A stretch of 63,664 nt of DNA, filler included, from Octopus bimaculoides (taxonomy: Eukaryota), in the NCBI RefSeq assembly GCF_001194135.2. It is 6 parts of 6 records of this genome, joined end to end, with 100 filler letters (N's around TTAATTAATTAA, not from the genome) between each part and the next. Parts side by side here need not be neighbours in the genome. Positions count along the whole stretch, not along the records: positions 8,451 to 26,318 come from NC_069005.1; 5 more parts are not named here. One strand, given 5' to 3'. The notes beneath the pieces were generated by a model that worked only from the letters and a program-made list of their open reading frames with translations, did no database searches and had not been told where the DNA came from. Positions 11,751-22,925 of this stretch are shown here, in pieces; position 1 is the stretch's first letter, and every line of letters starts with the position of its first letter. The position numbers and the translations under genes were made by a program.

Positions 11751-13959
11751 NNNNNNNNNNNNNNNNNNNNNNNNNNNNNNNNNNNNNNNNNNNNNNNNNN
11801 NNNNNNNNNNNNNNNNNNNNNNNNNNNNNNNNNNNNNNNNNNNNNNNNNNNNNNNNNNNNNNNNNNNNNNNNNNNNNNNNNNNNNNNNNNNNNNNNNNNN
11901 NNNNNNNNNNNNNNNNNNNNNNNNNNNNNNNNNNNNNNNNNNNNNNNNNNNNNNNNNNNNNNNNNNNNNNNNNNNNNNNNNNNNNNNNNNNNNNNNNNNN
12001 NNNNNNNNNNNNNNNNNNNNNNNNNNNNNNNNNNNNNNNNNNNNNNNNNNNNNNNNNNNNNNNNNNNNNNNNNNNNNNNNNNNNNNNNNNNNNNNNNNNN
12101 NNNNNNNNNNNNNNNNNNNNNNNNNNNNNNNNNNNNNNNNNNNNNNNNNNNNNNNNNNNNNNNNNNNNNNNNNNNNNNNNNNNNNNNNNNNNNNNNNNNN
12201 NNNNNNNNNNNNNNNNNNNNNNNNNNNNNNNNNNNNNNNNNNNNNNNNNNNNNNNNNNNNNNNNNNNNNNNNNNNNNNNNNNNNNNNNNNNNNNNNNNNN
12301 NNNNNNNNNNNNNNNNNNNNNNNNNNNNNNNNNNNNNNNNNNNNNNNNNNNNNNNNNNNNNNNNNNNNNNNNNNNNNNNNNNNNNNNNNNNNNNNNNNNN
12401 NNNNNNNNNNNNNNNNNNNNNNNNNNNNNNNNNNNNNNNNNNNNNNNNNNNNNNNNNNNNNNNNNNNNNNNNNNNNNNNNNNNNNNNNNNNNNNNNNNNN
12501 NNNNNNNNNNNNNNNNNNNNNNNNNNNNNNNNNNNNNNNNNNNNNNNNNNNNNNNNNNNNNNNNNNNGGCATGTGTCTTCTACTATACCCTCGGGCCGAC
12601 CAAAGCCTTGTGAGTGGATTTGGTAGACGGAAACTGAAAGAAGCCCGTCGTATATATATATATATATATAAGTGAGAAAGTTGGTATGTGAAAGCACGTG
12701 GTTGGATGTATAAAAAATAAACAAGACTGAAAAAACTATAGAAAGCTTGTGTTATATGGTTAAAGTATATATTTAATTCGTTATGTTAGAAAAATGTTAC
12801 AACATTTTGAGTATAGAAACATTGTATTTGGACAAATAACCGTTTCGTATTTTCTTTTCAAATTTCTCTACCTGTATCTTAACGTGTCTTCGCTCCGGTG
12901 TTTAATATGGAGTTCTAGATAGGGGAAGGTAATCAGGTATTTTTTCCGGTATAAGGGAGATAATCGAAAATGTTGGAGATGATAGATTTTGTTTAATTTA
13001 ACATGATTTGCTTTAGAAGGAATAGAATGTTAGGTTTTGCTCTATATTTTTTTCTCAGTGAGGTGAGTTTCCTCATTTAAAAGTGTTAGCAATGGTCAAN
13101 NNNNNNNNNNNNNNNNNNNNNNNNNNNNNNNNNNNNNNNNNNNNNNNNNNNNNNNNNNNNNNNNNNNNNNNNNNNNNNNNNNNNNNNNNNNNNNNNNNNN
13201 NNNNNNNNNNNNNNNNNNNNNNNNNNNNNNNNNNNNNNNNNNNNNNNNNNNNNNNNNNNNNNNNNNNNNNNNNNNNNNNNNNNNNNNNNNNNNNNNNNNN
13301 NNNNNNNNNNNNNNNNNNNNNNNNNNNNNNNNNNNNNNNNNNNNNNNNNNNNNNNNNNNNNNNNNNNNNNNNNNNNNNNNNNNNNNNNNNNNNNNNNNNN
13401 NNNNNNNNNNNNNNNNNNNNNNNNNNNNNNNNNNNNNNNNNNNNNNNNNNNNNNNNNNNNNNNNNNATATATATATGTTTGTGTGTCTGTGTCTGTGTTT
13501 GTCCCTCCCCCAACATTGCTTGCCAACCGATGCTGGTGTGTTTACGTCCCGTAACTTAGCGGTTCAGCAAGAGACCGATAGTATAAGTACTAGGCTTACA
13601 AAGAAGAAGTCCTGGGGTCGATTTGTCACAGTCAAAATATATACAATACTCACATCAAGAGTTTAAAGAAATTACTGGAATTAATACGACTTAAGCAAAA
13701 CATTTTGTAAATAACGAGTATACTTTGTCAGAGAAAATAGCAGTAATCGGAACAATTCAGTGAAGCTCTTGCACGCTGTCCTGGCGTAAGCAAACAGAAA
13801 GAAAGATCCGTGCTTTTTGGTGTCCAAGCGGCGAGAAAGAGAGAGAGTCACAGCCACCGGAATATATAGGTGTCAGCTGCGACGCTACCTGGTGGCATTT
13901 ACCAGCGAAGGGACGTAATTCATCTAACCTCGCTTGTCTACTACACATGTATACATGTA

Positions 13960-15490
13960 TCTTATCTTATATATATAGAGTTGTAGCCTCTGTCAGTCTG
14001 TTTGCTAACCATATATATTCTGAAACTACATTAACCAGGGTACTTGGATAAGTATATTTCATCTTGATCAAAGAGGTCCCGGGGTCGGAGGGGAGTACAA
14101 ACACTCCATTGAAAATTTTTTCTCATTGATTTAAATGAAATTTAAACCATAGGTAAATGAATAGAAATGATGCCTATTCCCAAAATATCAGTAAATTTCA
14201 ATAACAATAAGACACCCTAATGGGGGTTAAACCCCCTTATATTGCAAATTTTGGAAGCCCATAATTTAAGTATTTGAACCACTATTATCACGGGGTTTTT
14301 CTATTAATTAAACGTAAAACAACAAAATTACCTCTCTTTTATAGAAAAATTCTGCAAATTTACATATTTTATCTATTACAAAACATCACTAGAATTATGT
14401 CAGGAAAAATTATTAGTGAGTGTCTCTACTTTTTTAACATTTTCTTTTTACTAATCTTTCTTCAGACAACCATTATGGCACAGAAAAGGAAGTCCACTTA
14501 TGCAAATACTCAACATGTACATAGGAGGAGGCTTCGTCGTCAATCTGAAAGCTGTGATGCAAGGGAAGAACGACTTTCTAGGCAAAGCCAAAGACAAAGA
14601 GAGTCTCGCCAATCTGAAAGCTGTGATGTATGGGATGAACGACTTTCTAGTCAAAGACAGAGGCAGAGTCTCGGCAAAACGAAACCTTCGGTGAGCATCA
14701 AGAAATAAGGGGCAAGATATATTTCGCCATATGGTTGCAAGAAGAAATGAGTCTGAAGAAGAGAGACAACAGCGTTTGATTACTGAGAGAAACAGGTATC
14801 AAAATTTAAGAACGTGAAATTTAAAATGCTAAACGTTCTGCATTACTGTATGACAAAAATGACCCGTGTAACAAAGCTGCAATTGGAGAACTGACCAGAC
14901 TTTGTCAGTGTGGCGCTAATAAATTTACTGAAGAATTACCAGGAATGTGCTGTGGAAATGGAAAGGTTACACTGGATCCATTTCCACCTCTGCTTCAGTT
15001 ACTTCAAGAACTGTTCGCTGGGGAAAGTTAATTCAGCAAACACTTTTTGTTAAGGCCCAGGAGTACAATTCTTTGTTTGCCACAACAATGGTCGCAACTA
15101 TGCATCTGTCCAAGGTTGGAATCCATCTGCCAGAATCCGAAGTCAAACTTATCATCAACTTCGGGAAAATAAGCGTGCCAATGGAGAACATACTCGGCGT
15201 TTTAATGCACCAACAGGGGCTGAAGATGCAATTTTAATGTCAAATGAACCTACAGAAAATAGAAATATTGTTCTTCAGTTGAAACAAGGTGGATTGAGAA
15301 TTTCAGAGTTACATCGGCCCTATGATCCTTTGATGCATCCATTGTTTTTTCCATATGGAACAGACGGCTGCCACATATATTTGCAAGGGAGAAATTACCA
15401 CCAAAGAACAGCGGCATATCACGACTGGAGGATTTCGCGACTCACCAATTATGCTACTGAATCCCGAACAACGCCGGGTATGCCTGCTAA
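13960..15490 (+). mobile_element. Internally deleted Helitron with both termini
   Basis: 5' end A|TCTTATCTTATATATATAG. 3' end is a cccg-aacaacgc-cggg hairpin followed by CTAA|T (CTRR) at 15487-15490. Carries RepHel N-terminal remnants. Confidence 0.85.
14475..15390 (+). pseudogene. Helitron RepHel N-terminal remnant (coiled-coil repeats, Zn finger, pre-Rep motif)
   Basis: Frameshifted pieces: RQSESCDAREERLS repeats; IGELTRLCQCGANKFTEELPGMCCGNGKVTL; EHTRRFNAPT...NRNIVLQLKQGGLRISELHRPYDPLMHPLFFPYGTDG. These match the conserved Helitron motifs C..C.A.KF..E..G.CC..GKV.L and YD.L.YPL.FP.GEDG. Confidence 0.9.
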
Positions 15491-15855
15491 TACATATATA
15501 AAAATAGTACATATAAAATAAATAATAAAACAATGAAAAGAAAAAAAGAGAGGAAGAAAAGGAATATAGGGAAATAAATGATACAAAGAAGATGCATGGG
15601 AGATAGTTAGCTTTAGTTAGATACTAATTGCGTAATTGACTTAGAATTTGAGTATTGAAACAGATAAACACATCAATTAACAGAAACAGTTAAATGTCAT
15701 GACCTTACAATTGGCGTGGAGCATATTTAGACGTTATTGATATATATTTACATACATATACATACACATATGTCTACATACATACATAATACATACATAC
15801 ATACATATGCTTTTCTTGGACTTCTTTCCTTCTCTCTGGACCTTTCCTTTCTCCT

Positions 15856-15890
15856 ATTTCTGACGAAGAGCCATACTCGAAACGTTATAC
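15856..15890 (+). ncRNA. Degenerate minimal hammerhead ribozyme motif in a dispersed repeat (about 15810-15935)
   Basis: CTGACGA (15860-15866), extra A, stem II GAG/CTC, GAAA (15879-15882), palindromic ACGT helix III. Helix I is poorly paired. Confidence 0.55.
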
Positions 15891-15944
15891 ACCCACTCTT
15901 TTTTTCAATCTTATACTGAGCGTCAAGCAAATACATTTCATGTG

Positions 15945-17255
15945 TATGTCCTATAGAGCCTAAATATTGCTAAACCATTAGCTTTGTTATACACAGACAC
16001 TAATTCACAATAGCCATTGTAGAATAAGACATTTGTATCTACGGTAAATAGTCGTGTAAGAAAATAGCAACTCCTCTATTTCTTTTATCGGAGTGGTTTG
16101 CGCATATGATGGCATAATTCCTCAATTTTATTTCAGCTTCCAAGTGAGAGTTGTTTAGGTGAATCTCAGTAAGAACGAAGAAAAGAATGTGAATGAACTG
16201 AACTTTCCATCTTTTTCAGTTGAAGAATGGACTGATGCTTTGTGTATTCAGCAAAAAACTTTGAAACTAGCGTTAATGCTTGAAAAAGTCATGTCTTATT
16301 TGGAAGCAAGGATGGTAGTTTCTATACTGGGGTAGTGACAGGGGTTGGTGCTGTGTGATAGCCCAGCTACTTTTCTGAATCTTTTTTGCTAGGTTCCGCA
16401 TGGATGAAAAAGTATTTACCTGATTAGGGAGAATTCGGTGCCTACTAGATGTTCTCCAGTTTCCGAAGCTGTTAAAAAAAATTCGTGCCAGGACTGTCGA
16501 TTTTGTTTTTGTTCTCGCTGGGTTGAGAGGTAAGTACAGTTGCAACAGGGAGTGTTTCTATGAAGATTTCGGGGACAGCTAGAAGTGTTGTTCTTGGTAG
16601 TACGTCGAGTCTCGGGGAGATGCGTGAACATATATTGCTGCAGATATAATCTCCAGTGTTGGGAATAGCGGCAGATTTTAGGGTTACGAATTGATTTTAG
16701 GGTTACGAATTGATTTTAGGGTTACGAATTGGTTTTAGCGGTGGTGCTGTTGTAGCAGAAGTGCAATGGTTAGAGTTGCTTTTATCAATTGAGCGTCTTG
16801 TCCGTGGTAGATGAGGGGAATTTGAAGTTACGGTATGTGCACAATCTCACGCATAAAGAACGGTGGCATATTTTGGAATTTCGTTGAAGACGTGTGGGCG
16901 TTTTAAGGGACAGAGGATTGTTTTTATATCCGTATATACAGTGTGCAGCGCCGCACCGATAACCAGCTGGCGGAAGATATGTCTGGGGTTAAACTAGTAG
17001 TAACATGGAACAGCTACTTTGAAGTGGCGATTAACTTTACTTGTTCATATAATTACTACTCTGATCTCTTCTTGAGATTTTACAACTAGTTATTTTGCTT
17101 GTTGCAAATCAGTGACCGATGGTCGCTCTGTTTACAATATATTGCTGGCTGGAACGGACTCTGGCTATCGCTCTGGTGACCAGGTACTCGCGACTGAAAA
17201 TGAGCCAACCAGCTCTAAACTGAGTCAGGAATCTTTGTAGTTATCGTCACTGCAT
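15945..17255 (-). mobile_element. Degenerate APE-type non-LTR retrotransposon (ORF1 plus endonuclease N-terminus); clade unresolved
   Basis: Minus strand FFVLTEIHL...LRNYAII...KRNRGVAIFL...NGYCELVSVY...AIFRLYR is the start of an APE domain (about 16300-15945). Upstream, a Cys/His-rich KICHRSLCVRLCTYRN.KFPHLPRTRR resembles a CCCH-finger ORF1. Many stops and frameshifts. Confidence 0.7.
16674..16738. repeat. 19-bp tandem repeat GATTTTAGGGTTACGAATT x3.4
   Basis: Three identical units at 16674, 16693 and 16712 plus a partial unit. Each full unit contains TTAGGG. Confidence 0.95.
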
Positions 17256-17280
17256 GTTGAAATCTTTAAACAAATTTTTT

Positions 17281-18290
17281 TTAATGTATCATATAGATGT
17301 AATTTTTTACGCTGAATTCCAATTTGTTATTCATTTATTCCAGAAAAAAATTGCGAAAATGTTACAGGTGTTCAAAGTTTGATAATTTTCAGCCAATCAG
17401 AAAACAACGTGTTTGCTACCTCTTCCATCATCTGTCACAGTAGCGAGAAAANNNNNNNNNNNNNNNNNNNNNNNNNNNNNNNNNNNNNNNNNNNNNNGGG
17501 GGGGGGGCACCGGCATGTCAAAACATTAAACTAGCTAGTAAACAGTGAAAACAGTGAAAAACATTAAAACATTCGCGAGCAATTTAAATATTTAAAAGCT
17601 ACGAGCAAACCAACTGGAGTTGCTAGAAATAACAGGCATAAAATTGCTTAAAACAGACATTTATTAGTTTAAAAAATTCAAGAACGGAAGTTTGCAATAA
17701 ACTTATCAAATTCCTATTGTTATGAAAACAATTATAGAACACGTAGTGCTTACACTCCTTGCACGCATGCACAGCATCTTTGGCTACTATGGAAACAGAG
17801 TTCTTTTTTGCTACTACTATGCTAACAAAACTTCACAGTGATGTGTAAAATACTCGCTTCTGATTGGCTAAAATACCCAAATTTTGCAAATTTTAAAGGC
17901 TAATAACTTTTTAATTATGAATTTAGAGGAAAAAATTAATTTCATTTTCATAATTGGTATACGAAACTTAATCTGGAGCTAGTTAATTTCATTCGCAAAA
18001 TCTGCATTTTTTAAGAAGTAAAAAATCTGAAAATCGGTTATATTGATGCGGTTTTCCACGCTTATTTCTGTGAGGCCATGAAATTGTGGAGAAAAAAATT
18101 AACGCAAAAGTTACAGACATTTAAAAATCGAGAAAACTATGTATTTTTAGCCAATAGCGAGACATAAATTTTCTGCATTGTAGCGGTGTCAACTTTAAAG
18201 CTGTACCCTGCGAAATTTATAATTTAGTGTCTGTGAACTGACCTGTTCATTGTAGGTTTCTAAATAAACAGAAGTACCTAATAAAGTCAA
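17281..18290. repeat. AT-rich element built from CCAAT-box modules (possible non-autonomous DNA transposon or LINE 5' region)
   Basis: agccaatcagaa at about 17391, an inverted ttctgattggct at about 17858, and agccaatag at about 18150. A homologous segment lies at 25620-25860. Confidence 0.45.
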
Positions 18291-18296
18291 CAATAT

Positions 18297-18691
18297 AGGC
18301 GCAGGAGTGGCTGTGTGGTAAGTAGCTAGCTTACCAAACACATGGTTCCGGGTTCAGTCCCACTGCATGGCACTTTGGGCAAGTGTCTTCTACTATAGCC
18401 TTGGGTCGACCAAAGCCTTGTGAGTGGATTTGGTAGATGGAAACTGAAAGAAGCCCGTCGTGTATATGTATATGTATATATATATGTGTGTTTGTGTGTC
18501 TGTGTTTGTCCCCCCAACATCGCTTGGCAACCGATGCTGGTGTGTTTACGTCCCCGTAACTTAGCAGTTTGGCAAAAGAGACCGATTGAATAAGTACTAA
18601 GCTTACAAAGAGTAAGTCCTGGGATTGATTTGCTCGACTAAAGGCGGTGCTCCAGCATGGCCGCAGTCAAATGACTGAAACAAGTAAAAGA
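18297..18691 (+). mobile_element. Full-length SINE family A
   Basis: tRNA-like head, CORE-like ttgggcaagtgtc, internal (TA/TG)n, and 3' tail ggcggtgctccagcatggccgcagtcaaatgactgaaacaagtaaaaga. Confidence 0.95.
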
Positions 18692-19019
18692 CTAAAAATG
18701 TATGTATCATCTTACTGTTTCTTTTGTCTCTTCATTGACTTCTATAGTATTTTGTATGTTATTATTATTATTATTTTAATTTATTATATTAATATATTTG
18801 TCTGCATGTGTTTGTTTCACATTTGTTTTTACAGTTGTACTTTCCATTGGTTTCTACACACGGGAATCAATATGGGTTGCGTATTTCAGTATTATGTATA
18901 CCTGTCATGTATTTGTGTACATTACTAATATATATGTACATGTGGATGTATGTATTCATATATAAGTTTATATGTACATTTATGTATTCATGTGTGTGTG
19001 TGTATGTGTGTGTGTGTGA

Positions 19020-19560
19020 AAAAGGGGCGTATGTCTTCAAAACTCCAAAGTTGAGTAACGTTTTCATGCTTGGATTTTTAAACTACGATTTAGAATAATC
19101 AATCCAATAAACTTTCTAAATTCAGCAGAATCCATTTCTATCCACTTATCTTTATAGACCCGAGTTCCTTCGGCATTTGTCCATATTTGGATTATTTCCA
19201 GATTTGGCTTCATGAACATTATAAATGATGAAAGAGTTGAATCACAAGATCTACTTGCAAAATGGGAAGGTCCAAGCTGTTGATGTAAAACATTGTAGGA
19301 TGGAGTTCTTCTTGTGTCCTTTCAGTTTCAGACTTATCTTTCAAATGATACTTTACATGTATCACCGAAGGGTCATTTATGTCAGCATTGTTGTCATCAT
19401 ATCCGATTCTGAACAAGTAACACTGACATGATCACTTTCATTATTACCTTCAGGAAAAGAAGATTCATCACAAATAACTTTTTCCCATTCTTTATGTAAG
19501 TTGGATAACAATTGTGAAATCTCTTCAAGGCTTAACTTTTGATGCGTAGATATTTCATGG
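19020..19560 (-). pseudogene. piggyBac transposase N-terminal remnant
   Basis: Acidic N-terminus, then GPSHFASRSCDSTLSSFIMFMKPNLEIIQIWTNAEGTRVYKDKWIEMDSAEFRKFIGLII and (frameshift) KSKHENVTQLWSFEDIRPF. These match PGBD4-type motifs GPT.YA...WTN.EG...W..LD..E....IGL and LWS...GRP.F. Confidence 0.85.
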
Positions 19561-19764
19561 AAGGATTACAACTATAAAACCAAAGGACAAATGAATAGTT
19601 GGCAAGCTTTCACTGTTTTATACATGTTGAATTATAATGCAATGTTTCATCATTCCTTCAAAGATGATGCAATACTAATTGTTTGTTTCATAAAGATGAT
19701 GCACTAAATAGTAGTATTGCATCATCTTCAAATGTCTTAGTAAATGCTATTAGAGATCTTTGCC

Positions 19765-19900
19765 AAGCAGTATGGGATGATGATGTGAAAGCTGACTTCA
19801 AGATGCTGAGTCTTACAGAGGAGATGACAATGGATCAGGAGGGTTAGTGCTTTGCTGTGCTCAAGAAGACCTGCCCGTAGCAAGCAGAACACCTACCCAA
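19765..19900 (+). mobile_element. RTE-like LINE 3'-end fragment
   Basis: WDDDVKADFKMLSLTEEMTMDQ resembles the RTE ORF C-terminus (TW...V..DL....L......DR..W). Confidence 0.5.
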
Positions 19901-20247
19901 AACCTGATCACAGAATCTCACTATGCTGTGTGCACTAGGGATACAACTTTTTTGTAACTCCATAATCCTGTATCATATTCTGATGAGTTTTTGCTAGAAA
20001 ACAATGAAAATCAATATTTTTTTTTTGTATTTGATCAAAAAAGTTCACCCATGACTAACTTTGAAATTTTTATACTTGGTTACATTTTGGTGGATTTCCA
20101 AAAACTAGAACCCTGATAGAATAATAAACAAAAAAGGGAAAAATATCCAAAGTGTTTAATCCTTAATTGTTAAAAGAACTGTATTCTGCATTCCAGAACA
20201 ATAAAAAAGGGTAAGTCATATAAAGTCAAATTAGACAAGCTGCAGCA

Positions 20248-21850
20248 AGTCTAATAGAGAGAATGGAACATAATGGCAGGTTGTCTTTGTTCTTGTATGT
20301 GACATGTAGTTCTTGCATGACCTTAATTGCTCACTCACAGCATTGATTACTTCTGCTGATGTATAGTTTTGAGGGCTCTTGTTTCCAATGATTTGTCACA
20401 CTTTTCAAAGGAGTCTTGTAGGGTAGTAAAGCTTGCGATAGCTCTGCATAATCTTCAGCTCTATACACTTGGTCACTAAACCAGTGGTCTGTGCAGTCAT
20501 ATGAGATGAACTGGCAGACCATCTGCAATCTCTCACATGTAGCATAAGGAAAAATGCAAGAAGGGCTAAGATTGCTTGTAAATTCCCTCTGGCATTGCTG
20601 ACATTCGGAATTTTCTGAAACTTGATGAAAGGTATGTCTCCCTTTTCATGGAAGAACCTGAAGGTATGGGTTAAGTGGGACAGAAACTTCATATCTCTCC
20701 AACCAGTTTGATCTTCAATGACGAGTTCCATTCTGGAAGGAGCCTTGGAGCTCTTCATAACTTTAACAAGAAAATATTCCATGTTGAGTGAATTGCTTGT
20801 GCATGCCAGCTCCTCACCCATAACAATGTGCAGGATTCTGTCCAAGATATGGTGTTTGCAGCTCATGAATTGTGGTTCGTCATAGCCTTTGCTAAAGAAT
20901 ATTCTCTGCAGTCTAACAACTACTCCACCCTTTCGTCCTGTATTCACACTCATCATATCAGCAATAATCATTGATATTGCACCCCACAAGTGAAATTCGT
21001 TCAAGACTCTTTTCAGTCCTTTTGCAATACTCTCAGCCTTGCCATCACACAGCGTCAGAGCAGCCATCTTGATTTCACTTGTTTCATTTTTGATGACAAC
21101 TGCTTGATATTCATTTCCATCAATATGTTTACTATCGAAATGCAGGCCCCATTTCTGATTGCATATCAATCAGGTGTTTCTTCATTTCACCATCTTTCTT
21201 GAACAGTGCATTGTAAATGCCTTGCTGATTAGGAGCTGGGATATCATTGTTTGCAGATTTTTGCAGCTTTGTTGGTAGAGACATTTGTTCCAGTTACAAA
21301 TCTTGTACCAATTGCAGATTTGTTGTGCCTTCTTGTGGAAGAATAGATGCCATCACTATCACTATCATTTTGATTCACCATAATTGTATTCTTCAATCTC
21401 TTCTTCTTCAGAATCACTGTCAGTATCCAGGGCTGTTGAGTTTGATAAATAATGGGAGGCTTCAGCATCAGAGCATCTTCTCCTGGAAGGGTGGATAGTG
21501 TGCTTGCTTGCAGCTTTGCTTGTTGAATAATCCACTTTGTCCTTGCTTTGGAGTTGGATGGAGTACAACGTTTTGTCATCAGCATTGAGCCATTCTCCGC
21601 AGACTTTGGTGAAATTGAACAGTTCTTCTAATGGCTCAAAGTTTCCTTTCTTGGTTCATTTGTCATACAATGAAGCACATTTTCAAGCTTGGAAATGTTT
21701 GGAAAATTCAGTTTATCTCTCCACAGTAGCGTCACCTCTCTTGATAATTCCACCACTCTCTCCTTTCAGCCTTTAATTGATTTCCCAAGAAACTGGCACC
21801 AACCAACAATCTTCTCCTTGAGTGGCATTTGACTTCTGCTGGCCAGTGAA
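20248..21850 (-). pseudogene. Divergent hAT-like DDE transposase, frameshifted, 5' end lost under an RTE insertion
   Basis: Track ORF 20405-21169: WGLHFDSK (first D), IIADMMSVNTG (second D), SCKHHILD (CxxH motif). The C-terminus RSNQCCE*AIKVMQE carries the catalytic E. Possible terminus TAGGG at 19936. Confidence 0.8.
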
Positions 21851-21884
21851 GCTTCTTTACAGACATATGACCTCTAGATGAATG

Positions 21885-22925
21885 GGGCTGGAACTACACC
21901 AAATACAGTGTTTAGGCAAGCAGATAAATACAAAAGCACCTGGAAGCATCCCTGATCTGGTTACTGGTACATGTTGGACTATGTTATAACTTAGAACAAG
22001 GATTGCAGTGATTTCAGATTCACCAGAACTCACAAAACTCCCAAGTGTTCCTTCGATCACAAAATGGTTCACACCAAGGTATTTGTTGAACCATATGGAA
22101 AGGGGCCACTGAAATCTAGTTTACATCCAAGAATAAACATTGCTTCTTTAATAAATCCAAAAATGACAAAAAATTTTGAAATACATTTAAATTCAAAGCT
22201 TGCTGAAATAGAAGAATGCCTGATATTCGTGACAGCATCAAATCATCTGCTGAAATAGTTCTAGGATTTGTGAAACACAAACACCAACAACAACAATTCT
22301 CAAATTAAACCTCTCCTAGAAACTTTACACAAGAGACACAAGACATGGATCTCAGACAAAAACTCATCAACATCCAAATTCCTATACATCTCTAAAAAAA
22401 ACTATGCAGAAAACTGCATGAGATGAAAAATTTGGTGAACAAAAAAAGCCCCAAAATTGGAACAGGCTGCTAACTCTCACAACTTGAGAATACTGTATAA
22501 CATTCTGAAAAATTTCGTTTAGCCCCAAAAATGGTAGTGCAAAATCTGTTCTCTCTAAGTAGGAAAGATGAAATTCTGAAAATATGAGCTGCAACACTTT
22601 AACTGTGTATCAAATCCACTACCAATGCTGATATAGTCAACAAAATCCCCAGGGATCTATAATTGAAGAACTAGTGGAACATCCTTCCTTGGAAAAGATA
22701 AGTACTACTATCAAAAACTTTCCAATAGTAAAGCTCTTGGACAAGACAATATTCCTAAAGAAGTATACACGCATGGTAGCAGACAACTTGTAAGTAACCT
22801 GTGTAAATTGATCTGTTTGATCTGGAAAACTGGACCTGTTCCCCAGCAGTTCAAAGATGTAACTGTAATGCATTTGTACAAAAACAAAGGGAAGAAGAGT
22901 GTATGTGATAATCCCCTTTTCTAAC
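21885..22925 (+). mobile_element. RTE (BovB-like) LINE internal fragment
   Basis: TPNTVFRQADKYKSTWKHP.SGYWYMLDYVI...FDHKMV (APE C-terminus), and later KALGQDNIPKEVY...IWKTGPVPQQFKDVTVMHLYKNKGKKSVCDN (RT N-terminus). Confidence 0.85.

Noticed and set aside
12568-12670. Independent SINE insertion next to 11457-11750
   Set aside because: It shares diagnostic variants with 11540-11630 and flanks the same gap, so it may be an assembly or haplotype duplicate.
13757-13948. GC-richer island with a 63-aa ORF
   Set aside because: No recognisable homology or splice pattern, so it cannot be supported as an exon or promoter.
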